The position numbers and the translations under genes are program-made. The notes under the pieces are model-generated. The model did no database searches. It had not been told where the DNA came from and saw nothing but the letters and a program-made list of their open reading frames with translations. Of a stretch of DNA of 64,000 nucleotides, positions 19,773 through 28,945 are shown piece after piece; within the stretch, counting starts at the first letter, position 1; every line of letters starts with the position of its first letter. The stretch covers positions 128,001-192,000 of the forward strand of contig CBDCXM010000009.1 of the NCBI GenBank assembly GCA_965223855.1, written 5' to 3'. Origin of the DNA: Candidatus Multivoradales bacterium (lineage in GTDB: Bacteria > Acidobacteriota > Thermoanaerobaculia > Multivoradales > JAHEKO01).

Positions 19773-20630
19773 ATGGCGAGCGACGCACATCAGAGTCTGC
19801 AGGTCTGGCCCGCCTGCCCCGTGTGCGCCGGCGACAGAAGGGTGTCGTGGGTGGAGCATGAGGACTTCACCTTCGTCCGCTGCACCTGCGGCCTGGTCTA
19901 CAAGAGCCGCGACGTTCGTGTCGAAGAGGCCCAGCCAGCCACTTTGTGGAACGAGCGTTACCTGCGGCGTCGCAGCCACCGGGTCGCCAAGGCCCGGCGC
20001 CAGCTGCTCGACCTGCTGAACCACGTCGAGCCGGGGCCCTTGCTCGAGGTGGGCTGCTCCCTCGGTCACACACTCGAGGCAGCCCGCCGGCTCGGTCTTC
20101 CGGCTACGGGGATCGACCTCAACCCGGAGGTCATCGAGTTGTGCCGCGAGAAGGGGCTCGACGCACAGGTCGCCGACCTCGACCAACCCCTCCCGTTCGC
20201 GGACGGGAGTTTCAGGATGGTCGTCCTCAAGCACGTGCTCGAGCACGTCCCGAACCCCCGGCCGGCGCTCGCCGAGGTGCGCCGGGTGCTCGAGCCGGAC
20301 GGCGCCGTCTTCATCGCCCTGCCCAACCTCGCGTTCTGGCGCGCCCGGAGCAACCCGGGGCACGTCTTCTTCGGCGCCGGGGGCGTTCAGCACTACGTCT
20401 ATTACGAGCCCGACCACGCGGCTCGCCTCGTCCGGGAAGAGGGCTTCGAGGTGCTCCGGTTGGACCCGCACCTCTATCAGCGCTCGGCCCCGCTCGGAGA
20501 ACGCGTCGCGCAGATCGCGGCTCTGCCGCTGCGTGCCCTCGGCGCCCATCTGCGCAGCCGGCTCGGCCTGCGTCAGGAGTTCTGGCTGATCGCACGCCGT
20601 ATATCGTTTGTTGATCGACACTTAGATTGA
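19773..20630 (+). CDS. Class I SAM-dependent methyltransferase with N-terminal Cys (zinc-ribbon-like) motif
   Basis: CPVC...RCTCGL, LLEVGCSLG, HVLEHVPNP, LEPDG. Confidence 0.88.
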   Translation: MASDAHQSLQVWPACPVCAGDRRVSWVEHEDFTFVRCTCGLVYKSRDVRVEEAQPATLWNERYLRRRSHRVAKARRQLLDLLNHVEPGPLLEVGCSLGHTLEAARRLGLPATGIDLNPEVIELCREKGLDAQVADLDQPLPFADGSFRMVVLKHVLEHVPNPRPALAEVRRVLEPDGAVFIALPNLAFWRARSNPGHVFFGAGGVQHYVYYEPDHAARLVREEGFEVLRLDPHLYQRSAPLGERVAQIAALPLRALGAHLRSRLGLRQEFWLIARRISFVDRHLD

Positions 20631-20664
20631 CGACTCCGCTTCCGCGGGCGTAGACTGCGGCGTC

Positions 20665-22422
20665 ATGACGACGAGTCCGACGACGGGCGAGAAGGGAGCG
20701 AACCGGCTGGGCGACCTGCTGGTCGGTGCCGGGAAGATCTCCGCCGAGCAGTTGCAGCAGGCGCTCGAGTCCCAGCGCGACGAGGGGGGGCGGCTCGGCA
20801 CGCACCTCGTGCGGCTCGGTTTCATGTCGGACCCGCAGCTGGTCGAGTTCCTGGCGGATCGCTACGGCGTGCCGGCGGTCGACCTGACCGACCTCGAGAT
20901 CGACGAGGCGGTGATCCAGCTCGTGCCTGCCGAAGTCGCCCGAAAGTACACGGTGCTGCCGGTGGCGAAGACGGGCGCGAAGCTCACGATCGCCATGGCG
21001 GACCCGACGAACGTGTTCGCCATGGACGACATCAAGTTCATGACCGGCTACACGGTCGAGCCGGTGGTCGCTTCCGACACCGCGCTGCGCGAGGCGATCG
21101 ACGAATACCACGGCTCGACCCACGCGATCGAGCTGCGCAAGGTGATGGAGGACATCGCCGAAGCGGACGACGCCGACCTCGAGGTTCTCGACGAAGACGA
21201 GGACATCGACCTCCAGGAGCTGACCCAGCAGTCGGAGGAGGCACCGGTCGTCCGGCTGGTGAACATCATCCTCACCGACGCGATCAAGCGCGGCGCCTCC
21301 GACATCCACATCGAGACCTACGAGAAGCAGTACCGGGTGCGCTACCGCATCGACGGCGTCCTCTACGAAATGATGCGCCCGCCGATGAAGCTCAAGGAGG
21401 CGATCGCCAGCCGCCTCAAGATCATGGCGAAACTCGACATCGCCGAGAAGCGCCTCCCGCAGGACGGCCGCATCAAGATCAAGACCCGCGGCTCCGGCAA
21501 GGTGAAGGACCTCGACTTCCGCGTCTCGAGCCTGCCGACGATCTTCGGCGAGAAGATCGTCATGCGTCTGCTCGACAAAGACAAGCTGATGCTCGACATG
21601 ACGAAGCTCGGCTTCGAGCCCGACCCGCTGCGACGCTTCGAGCAGGCGATCTTCCGGCCCTACGGCATGGTGCTCGTCACCGGCCCGACCGGTTCCGGTA
21701 AGACGAACACGCTCTACTCGGCGCTGTCGCGCATCAATTCGCCCGAGACCAACATCATGACTGCCGAGGATCCGGTCGAGTTCAATCTCGAGGGGATCAA
21801 CCAGGTGCAGATCAAGGAGCAGATCGGGCTCAACTTCGCGGCGGCGATGCGATCGTTCCTGCGCCAGGACCCGAACATCATCCTCGTCGGTGAGATTCGC
21901 GACTTCGAGACGGCCGAGGTGGCGATCAAGGCCGCCATGACCGGTCACCTCGTGCTCTCGACCCTTCACACCAACGACGCCCCCTCGTCGGTCAACCGGC
22001 TGATGAACATGGGTGTCGAGCCGTTTCTCGTCGCGAGTTCGGTTCATCTCGTCGTCGCCCAGCGCCTGGTTCGCCAGATCTGCTCCGGCTGCAAAGAAGC
22101 GATCAAAGTGCCGCCGCAGAGCCTCGTCAACCTCGGTTTCGCACCCGACGAAGCGCAGTCGATGCAGCTCTTCAAGGGGCGCGGCTGCGAGCGTTGCTCG
22201 ACGACCGGCTACAAGGGGCGGATCGGCCTCTTCGAGGTGATGGAGGTCGACGACGAGATCCGCGACCTCGTCCTCTCCGGCGCCAGCGCCTACGAGCTGC
22301 GCGAGAAGGCGCTCGCCAACGAGATGATCTCGCTCCGGCAGAGCGGCCTGCAGAAGATCCGCGACGGCGTCACGACGATCGAAGAGGTCGTGCGCGAGAC
22401 CGTCGCCGACCAGACCTTCTGA
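20665..22422 (+). CDS. pilB: Type IV-A pilus assembly ATPase PilB with MshEN domain
   Basis: RLGDLLV..G.I...QL..AL..Q, ASDIHIE, LDIAEKRLPQDG, GPTGSGKT, LRQDPNIILVGEIRD, STLHTND, tetracysteine motif. Confidence 0.95.
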   Translation: MTTSPTTGEKGANRLGDLLVGAGKISAEQLQQALESQRDEGGRLGTHLVRLGFMSDPQLVEFLADRYGVPAVDLTDLEIDEAVIQLVPAEVARKYTVLPVAKTGAKLTIAMADPTNVFAMDDIKFMTGYTVEPVVASDTALREAIDEYHGSTHAIELRKVMEDIAEADDADLEVLDEDEDIDLQELTQQSEEAPVVRLVNIILTDAIKRGASDIHIETYEKQYRVRYRIDGVLYEMMRPPMKLKEAIASRLKIMAKLDIAEKRLPQDGRIKIKTRGSGKVKDLDFRVSSLPTIFGEKIVMRLLDKDKLMLDMTKLGFEPDPLRRFEQAIFRPYGMVLVTGPTGSGKTNTLYSALSRINSPETNIMTAEDPVEFNLEGINQVQIKEQIGLNFAAAMRSFLRQDPNIILVGEIRDFETAEVAIKAAMTGHLVLSTLHTNDAPSSVNRLMNMGVEPFLVASSVHLVVAQRLVRQICSGCKEAIKVPPQSLVNLGFAPDEAQSMQLFKGRGCERCSTTGYKGRIGLFEVMEVDDEIRDLVLSGASAYELREKALANEMISLRQSGLQKIRDGVTTIEEVVRETVADQTF

Positions 22423-22462
22423 CTCCGGCTCGCCCGGCAGGAGCTGAGTCGCCGAGCCGGAC

Positions 22463-23026
22463 TCAGGCCCGGCTGTCCCAGAGGACGTCGTCCCGGCCGG
22501 AGCGGGCGTTCTGCGCCCGTGCCATGACGAACAGCAGGTCGGAGAGCCGGTTCAGGTAGCGCAGGGCGTGCTCGTTGATCGCCTCGGCGCGTCCGAGGGT
22601 GACGACGCAACGCTCGGCGCGCCGGCAGATCGTCCTCGCGAGGTGGAGCGCCGCCGCCCCTGTGCTCCCGCCGGGAATGATGAAGTTCTCGAGCGGCGGC
22701 AGTTCCTCGCTCAGGGTGTCGATCTCCGCCTCGAGCGCCTCGACATGCCGGGTCTCGATGCGCGGCACCGGCATGCTCTCCTTGTCCTCCTCGAGGATGC
22801 ACAGGTCGGAACCGAGATGGAAGAGCTCGTTCTGAATGCGCGCGAGGCTCGCCGCCAGTTGCTCGTCCAGCTCGCCGGCCACCGCGACACCGAGCGCCGA
22901 GTTGAGCTCGTCTACGGTGCCGTAGGCATCGATCCTCACCGCGTCCTTGTCGACTCTCTGGCCGCCGCCGAGCGCCGTCGTGCCGTCGTCACCGGTGCGG
23001 GTGTAGACCTTGGTGATTCGTGGCAT
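22463..23026 (-). CDS. pduO: ATP:cob(I)alamin adenosyltransferase, PduO type
   Basis: [42 protein letters not shown]. Confidence 0.95.
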   Translation of the reverse strand: MPRITKVYTRTGDDGTTALGGGQRVDKDAVRIDAYGTVDELNSALGVAVAGELDEQLAASLARIQNELFHLGSDLCILEEDKESMPVPRIETRHVEALEAEIDTLSEELPPLENFIIPGGSTGAAALHLARTICRRAERCVVTLGRAEAINEHALRYLNRLSDLLFVMARAQNARSGRDDVLWDSRA

Positions 23027-23059
23027 GGCGGGGGCGCCGGAGGGAGAAGCGCGGGCGGG

Positions 23060-23075
23060 TAGACTCGGCAGTCTA
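23060..23075. promoter_or_regulatory. Palindromic TAGACT-N4-AGTCTA between divergent pduO and pabB
   Basis: Each half is a -10-like hexamer on opposite strands; could alternatively be a regulator operator. Confidence 0.45.
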
Positions 23076-23079
23076 ACGC

Positions 23080-24840
23080 ATGGCCGCTGCGACCGATGAG
23101 ACGGCGAGGGCCGTCTTCTACGACCCGGGATCGGACCACTGGTGGGTCTTCGGCACCGCTGTCAGCGTCCGCTGGGTCCACTCGCCCGACGAGGTCGTGC
23201 CGACGCTCGAAGAGGCGACGGAGGCGTCGAGCGAAGGGCTGTGGAGTTTCGGCTACCTCGCCTACGAGGCGGCACCGGGATTCGATCCGAAGCTCGAAGT
23301 CCGACCGACCGGCGAGCCGCTGGGCTGGTGGGCGACCTGCCCTCCCCCACGAGCCGTGAGGGACGACGACCTGCCGGCTCCCGGGTCGTTCGTGCTCGGC
23401 TCCCCTCACGCCACCCTCTCGGCCGTAGAGCACGCAAGAGGAGTCGGCCGGATTCACGAGGCGATCGCACGAGGGGACACCTACCAGGTCAACTACACCC
23501 ATCACCTCGAAGCGCCCTTCCGCGGCAGCGCCTGGGGCCTCTTCCGGCGGCTGTGGCGCAATCAGCGCGCTCCCTACTCCGCATGGCTCGAGAACGACCG
23601 CCAGGTCGTGTGCTCCGCCTCGCCTGAGCTGTTCTTCGAACTCGACGGCGATCGGCTGTGGAGTCGCCCGATGAAGGGGACGGCGCCTCGAGGGCTCTAC
23701 ACCGGGGACGACCGCCGGGTCGCCGAGGCCCTCGCCGCGTCCCCCAAGGACTCCGCGGAGAACATCATGATCGTCGACATGATCCGCAACGACCTGGGGC
23801 GGGTCGCAAAGCCGGGCTCGGTGGAGGTGCGGTCACTCCTCGACGTCGAGTGTTACCCGTCGGTGTTCCAGCTGACCTCCACGGTCGAGGCCGAGACGGC
23901 GGCCTCGGTTGCCGAGATCTTCCGCGCACTCTTCCCGTGCGCCTCGATCACCGGCGCCCCGAAGCGACGCACGATGGAACTGATCGCCGACTTCGAACAG
24001 AGGCCCCGGGGCCTCTACACCGGAGCCATCGGTTGGATCGCACCCGAGCGCAGGGCGAGGTTCAGCGTCGCCATCCGCACGGCGGTCATCGACCGCGCCG
24101 CCTCGACCCTGAAATTCGGCACCGGCGGCGGCATCGTCTGGGACTCCCGGCCGGCCGCCGAGTACCAGGAGTGCCTCGACAAGACGGTCGTCCTCACCCA
24201 CGAGCCGCGATCCTTCTCGCTCGTCGAGACGATGCGCTGGGAGCCGGAGAGGGGATACCGGCGGCTCGACCGTCATCTCGATCGCTTGCGAGATTCGGCG
24301 GGCTACTTCGACATTCCACTCGACGTTGCCGGCGTCACTTCGGTACTGCACGAGGCGTCCGGGACCTGGAAGGGACCGCAACGGGTCCGTCTCACCATCG
24401 ATCTCGCCGGGACTCCGGCGCTCGAGGCGTCGGACTTCTCTCCCCGGCCGGTGCCGTGGAGCCTGGCGCTGGCCGGTTCACCGGTCGACCGGGGATCGCG
24501 CTGGCTCTACCACAAGACGACCCGGCGCGAGACCTACACCGCCGCAGCGGCCGAGCACCCCGACGCCGATGACGTCGTCCTGTGGAACGACGACTCCGAG
24601 CTCACCGAGACCACGGTCGGCAATCTCTTCCTGGAGCTCGAGGACGGCTTGTGGACCCCACCGGTCGAGTGCGGCCTCCTGGCCGGAACGATGCGGGCGC
24701 AACTGCTCGACAACGGCACGGCGCAGGAACGGGTCCTCGGAGTCGCCGATCTCGCCCGCGCACGCGCGATCTGGGTCACCAACTCGGTCCAGGGTCGAGT
24801 GCCGGCGCAGCTCGTCCCCGGTTCCGCGCTCACGTTGTAG
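23080..24840 (+). CDS. pabB: Aminodeoxychorismate synthase component I fused to class IV aminotransferase (PabB-PabC)
   Basis: [45 protein letters not shown]; C-terminal [25 protein letters not shown]. Confidence 0.92.
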   Translation: MAAATDETARAVFYDPGSDHWWVFGTAVSVRWVHSPDEVVPTLEEATEASSEGLWSFGYLAYEAAPGFDPKLEVRPTGEPLGWWATCPPPRAVRDDDLPAPGSFVLGSPHATLSAVEHARGVGRIHEAIARGDTYQVNYTHHLEAPFRGSAWGLFRRLWRNQRAPYSAWLENDRQVVCSASPELFFELDGDRLWSRPMKGTAPRGLYTGDDRRVAEALAASPKDSAENIMIVDMIRNDLGRVAKPGSVEVRSLLDVECYPSVFQLTSTVEAETAASVAEIFRALFPCASITGAPKRRTMELIADFEQRPRGLYTGAIGWIAPERRARFSVAIRTAVIDRAASTLKFGTGGGIVWDSRPAAEYQECLDKTVVLTHEPRSFSLVETMRWEPERGYRRLDRHLDRLRDSAGYFDIPLDVAGVTSVLHEASGTWKGPQRVRLTIDLAGTPALEASDFSPRPVPWSLALAGSPVDRGSRWLYHKTTRRETYTAAAAEHPDADDVVLWNDDSELTETTVGNLFLELEDGLWTPPVECGLLAGTMRAQLLDNGTAQERVLGVADLARARAIWVTNSVQGRVPAQLVPGSALTL

Positions 24841-24945
24841 CGCCCGCCTCGGCGCCGCCCTCTTCCCGGGAACCGACCTCCTGTCGGGCGGTCGCGATTC
24901 GCGATCCCGGCCCGATGACCCGGTCCGAGAGCCCCATCCGTGGAT

Positions 24946-27189
24946 TCACTCCGAAGCGGCGGACTCCGCGGCCGACGAATCGCTCGCGGCGTCGGCCGTC
25001 ATCGAGAAGGTGTCGGGCCCGACCTCCGGGTTCCACTCCGCGCTCTCCACCTCACTCTCGAGGTAGGGAGATCCCTCGAAGGTCGCTTCGACCCGGAACG
25101 GCAACAGCACACCCCCGACGGGACGGTAGTCGGAGTAGTTCTGCAGCACCTCGCCGCTCCGGCCCTGGAAGTCGCTGCCCTCGAAGGCGATGGCGACGAT
25201 CCTGCCGTCGGCATCCAGGTGGAGCCGGAACTCCTCTCCGGCCGCAGTGACCGCCACTCGAGCGCCGGGCTCCTCCTCCCCTCCTTCGAGCTCGCTCGCC
25301 GTCACCCGTCCTTCGGCCGCCAGACGCAGCAGCACCGGCAGCGTGCGGGGAAGGCCGCCGATGACGTTGGCCCACTGGCGGCCTTCGAGTCGCCGCTTCC
25401 CTTCAGGGGTCTCGACCCAGGCGCCCTCACGGTTGGCGATGGTGGTCATGACCCCGGAAGGCAGTGTCACCAGCTGACGCAGCGCGCCCGGAAAGGCGAC
25501 CCACTGGTCGATCGCGACCTCGATCTCGCCACCGGCCGTCGTCGCCCGCGCCTCGGCCCGTTGCCGGATGCTCTCGAAGGCAAGGATCACCTCTTCTCCG
25601 CCATGCGCTTCCACCGACCGGCCGAGCCACTCCATCCCCTTGCCGGCCGCCTCCGTCGTGGCGGCTACGGCAGCTTCGTCGAGCGGAGGGATCGTGATGT
25701 CGATTTCGGTGACCTCCCCGAAGTCGCTCAGGGGACGGTCGCGACCCTCGGCCGGGCCGACGACCAGGATCGTAAACGCCTCTGGATCGATGTACTTGCG
25801 GGCCACCTCGGCAACCTGCTCGGTCGTCACCGCCTCGATCCCCGGCACGTACTGCTCGAGTCGGTCGAGCGGATAGCCGAAGTACTCGTAGAGAAGCTGG
25901 CGACCGAGAATCTCGCCGGAGGAGTCCGACGCGAAGACGAACGAGTTCAGAAGATTCCGCTTCGCCTGCTCGACCTCCTCCTCGGTCGGCGGCTCCTCGT
26001 CGAGGACCTTGCGCGCCTCCGTCAGCAGCGACTCGATTGCCGCGCCGGTCGTCTCGGTCTTCGTGCTCGTGAAGAGCTGCAGGACGCCGTCGCGATCCCA
26101 GTCGCTGCCGATCCGGCCGCTGACGGTGTAGGCGAGGCCCTGATCGGAACGGATTCTCGAGAGCAGGCGCGACGTGAAACCGCCGGAGAACATCTCGTTG
26201 AAGACCTCGATGGCGTAGAAATCGGGGTTGTCCTTGCGGACACCGGGATGCCCCATGAGGATGTTCGACTGCGCGACGTCGTTCTTCTCGACCCAGAAGA
26301 CGCCGGGCGTCGGCTCCTCCCGGTAGCCTCCCTCGAAGGGGGGCTCGGGGGGCCGGCCCGGCCAGTCCCCGAAGGCGCTCGTCATGAGGTCGATCATCTC
26401 CGGAGTCTCGAAGTCGCCGACAACGCCGACGATCATGTTGCCGGGATGGAAGTAGCGCTCGTGGAAGGCGATCAGGTCGCTCCGGGTGAGCGAGGCGATG
26501 CTGGTGAACGTCTCGGCCTGGGTGTAGGCCGAGTCGGCGCCACGCACGACTCGCGCGAACTCGCGGCTCATGATGCCGGTCGGATTGTCGTTCTGGCGGG
26601 CGATTCCGGCGTTGATCCGGTTCTTCGCCACCGCGATCTCGCTCGCGTCGAACGCCGGATTGCGCAGCACGTCGACGAGCATCTCCAGCACGTCGGCGAA
26701 GTCTTCGGCCAGCGCCCTCGCCGAGGCGCTGCCGGAATCGATCCCGATACCGGTCTCGACGCTCGCCGCCCGGTTCTCGAGGAAGCGATCGATCTCGGGG
26801 CCGGTACGGCTGGTCGTCCCACCGGTGCGCAGGACGGCTCCGGTCAGCGTCGCCAGACCCGCCTTTCCGGCCGGCTCGAGCCGACCGCCCGTGCGAACCC
26901 GGACGAAGGCATCGATCAGCGGAAGCTCGTGGTCCTCGACGAGGATCAGCACCAGGCCGTTCGGAAGCTCGACCCGGGTCGGCTCCGGAACCTCGAATTC
27001 GTTCTGGGGCGGATAGCTCAGCTCTTCGAGTGTCGGAATCGGCGGCGCTTCGGCGCGGGAAGACGCGGCCTGAGGAGCGGCCTGGGCGCCGACCGAGGCA
27101 CCGAGAATCAGCGCGGCGGCACAGGCCGCCAGACGGCGACCCGGCTCGACTGCGGCGTGCAACGGAGAACGGCTCTTTCGATCTCGCAT
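24946..27189 (-). CDS. M16 (pitrilysin) family protein, non-catalytic subunit with extra C-terminal domain
   Basis: LPNGLVLILVEDHELP, GLATLT replaces HxxEH, FTSRL...IRSDQGLAY; signal peptide. Confidence 0.88.
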   Translation of the reverse strand: MRDRKSRSPLHAAVEPGRRLAACAAALILGASVGAQAAPQAASSRAEAPPIPTLEELSYPPQNEFEVPEPTRVELPNGLVLILVEDHELPLIDAFVRVRTGGRLEPAGKAGLATLTGAVLRTGGTTSRTGPEIDRFLENRAASVETGIGIDSGSASARALAEDFADVLEMLVDVLRNPAFDASEIAVAKNRINAGIARQNDNPTGIMSREFARVVRGADSAYTQAETFTSIASLTRSDLIAFHERYFHPGNMIVGVVGDFETPEMIDLMTSAFGDWPGRPPEPPFEGGYREEPTPGVFWVEKNDVAQSNILMGHPGVRKDNPDFYAIEVFNEMFSGGFTSRLLSRIRSDQGLAYTVSGRIGSDWDRDGVLQLFTSTKTETTGAAIESLLTEARKVLDEEPPTEEEVEQAKRNLLNSFVFASDSSGEILGRQLLYEYFGYPLDRLEQYVPGIEAVTTEQVAEVARKYIDPEAFTILVVGPAEGRDRPLSDFGEVTEIDITIPPLDEAAVAATTEAAGKGMEWLGRSVEAHGGEEVILAFESIRQRAEARATTAGGEIEVAIDQWVAFPGALRQLVTLPSGVMTTIANREGAWVETPEGKRRLEGRQWANVIGGLPRTLPVLLRLAAEGRVTASELEGGEEEPGARVAVTAAGEEFRLHLDADGRIVAIAFEGSDFQGRSGEVLQNYSDYRPVGGVLLPFRVEATFEGSPYLESEVESAEWNPEVGPDTFSMTADAASDSSAAESAASE

Positions 27190-27193
27190 GTCC

Positions 27194-28717
27194 CTACTCC
27201 CCGGCTTCCTGCGACGTCTCGGTGACGATCATGCCGACGGTTCGGTTGCCGGCGACGAGCGTCTCGCTCGTCACCCTGCGGATGTCCTCCTTGGTCACGG
27301 CGTCGATCCTCTCGATCGAACGGAACAGCTCTCGCCAGTCGCCGTAGAGGGTCTGGAACTGCACGAGGCTGTCCGCCAGCCCCGAGTTGCTGCGCAGCGA
27401 CCGCAGCAGGCCGGCCTTCGCCCGCGCCTTGAATCGGTCGAGCTCCTCGTCGGTCACGTCCTCGCTCTTCATCCGCTCGATCTCCTCACGGATGGCCGCC
27501 TGGACCTCCTCGTTGGAACTCTCGGGGCTCGGGAACGCCCACGCGAGCCACAGCGTCGGGTACTTGCTGCCGGGAAGCTGGGAGAAGGACCCGGCGTTCG
27601 CGGCGATGCGGCGGTCGCGCACGAGCGAGCGGTAGAGCCTCGAGGTGCGGCCGCTCGAGAGGATGTCGTCGACCGCATCCCACACCGCCTGGTCCGGGTG
27701 AGTCCGCGCAGGGATGTGGTAGCCCTCGATGTACACAGGCTGCGACGGATCCTCGAGGGTGACGATCTTCTCGGCAATCTGCGGCGGCTCCTCGGTGCGG
27801 AGCGGCTCCGGCAGCGGCCCGGCAGGAATCCGCCCGAAGTAGCGCTCGAGCATCGGCACGAGCGTCTCGGTGTCAATGTCACCGACGATCGCGGTAACCA
27901 TGTTGGCCGGCACGTAGTACTTCTCGTAAAAGGCGCGCGCGTCGGCGATGGTGATCGACTGGAGGTCGCTCATGTAGCCGACGACGGGCTGCTTGTAGGG
28001 ATGAGCGACGAACGCCGTCGACTGGAACTGCTCGAGCAGGCGGCCGATCGGTTGGCTCTCGGTGCGCATCCGCCGTTCCTCCTGAACGACGTCGCGCTCC
28101 ATGTAGAACTCGCGGAACACCGGGTTGAGGAAGCGGTCCGACTCGAGCCAGCAGAACAGCTCGATCTTGTTGGCCGGCAGGGAGTAGATGTAGCCGGTGA
28201 AATCGGTGTCGGTGAAAGCGTTGATCCCGACGCCGCCCTCGCTCGAAAGCACCCTGTCGAACTCACCGGAGATGACGAACTCGCGGGCCTCTTGCTGCAG
28301 TTCCCGGAACGCCTCCTCGAGCTCGGCGAGTCGATCTTCGTCGGGGGCCTGTGAGAGACGCTCCGCCTGCAAAGCCTCGTAGGCGGCCTCCATGCGATCG
28401 AGAGCCTCCTGCTCGGCTTCGTAGTCGGTCGAGCCGAAGTTCGTGGTTCCCTTGAACGCCATGTGCTCGAACATGTGCGCGATCCCCGTGATCCCGGGGA
28501 CCTCCTGAGCCGAGCCGACGTTCACCAGGGTCTGGAACGAGAACACGGGAGCGACTGATCTCTCGACCAGCACGAACGTCCACCCGTTCTCCAGACGGTG
28601 CACCGTGGTGCGACTCTCGAACTCCTCGAGATCCTGCGCCCCCAGACCGAGGCTCGACACGATGCCGACGGCGCACCACACCGCGGCGACAGACCACTGC
28701 CTACGCTTTCGTCCCAC
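27194..28717 (-). CDS. M16 family zinc peptidase, catalytic subunit
   Basis: GIAHMFEHMAFKGT (HxxEH), NAFT, ERDVVQEERR, HPY; signal peptide. Confidence 0.93.
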   Translation of the reverse strand: MGRKRRQWSVAAVWCAVGIVSSLGLGAQDLEEFESRTTVHRLENGWTFVLVERSVAPVFSFQTLVNVGSAQEVPGITGIAHMFEHMAFKGTTNFGSTDYEAEQEALDRMEAAYEALQAERLSQAPDEDRLAELEEAFRELQQEAREFVISGEFDRVLSSEGGVGINAFTDTDFTGYIYSLPANKIELFCWLESDRFLNPVFREFYMERDVVQEERRMRTESQPIGRLLEQFQSTAFVAHPYKQPVVGYMSDLQSITIADARAFYEKYYVPANMVTAIVGDIDTETLVPMLERYFGRIPAGPLPEPLRTEEPPQIAEKIVTLEDPSQPVYIEGYHIPARTHPDQAVWDAVDDILSSGRTSRLYRSLVRDRRIAANAGSFSQLPGSKYPTLWLAWAFPSPESSNEEVQAAIREEIERMKSEDVTDEELDRFKARAKAGLLRSLRSNSGLADSLVQFQTLYGDWRELFRSIERIDAVTKEDIRRVTSETLVAGNRTVGMIVTETSQEAGE

Positions 28718-28887
28718 TTCGACTCTCCCTTTCGTTCGTCACGGTACCCGCCGCGGGCCTGTCACACCCACGCGAGGCGGCGCTCGGGGCGCGCAGCATA
28801 GCAGTCAGGCAGCACCGATCGGGGGAGCGTGCGGTGGAGGTCGCCGCTGGCGCGTTCTCCACCCGCGCAACCCCAGGGAAGGATGAA

Positions 28888-28917
28888 GAGGCGCACCCCC
28901 GTTCGGGAGTGCGCCTC
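28888..28917 (-). terminator. Stem-loop downstream of the giant protein gene (probable terminator)
   Basis: GAGGCGCACTCCC-GAAC-GGGGGTGCGCCTC followed by a weak T-rich tail. Confidence 0.55.
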
Positions 28918-28945
28918 GGAAGGTCGTCGCTGCCGAGGGCCTTCG

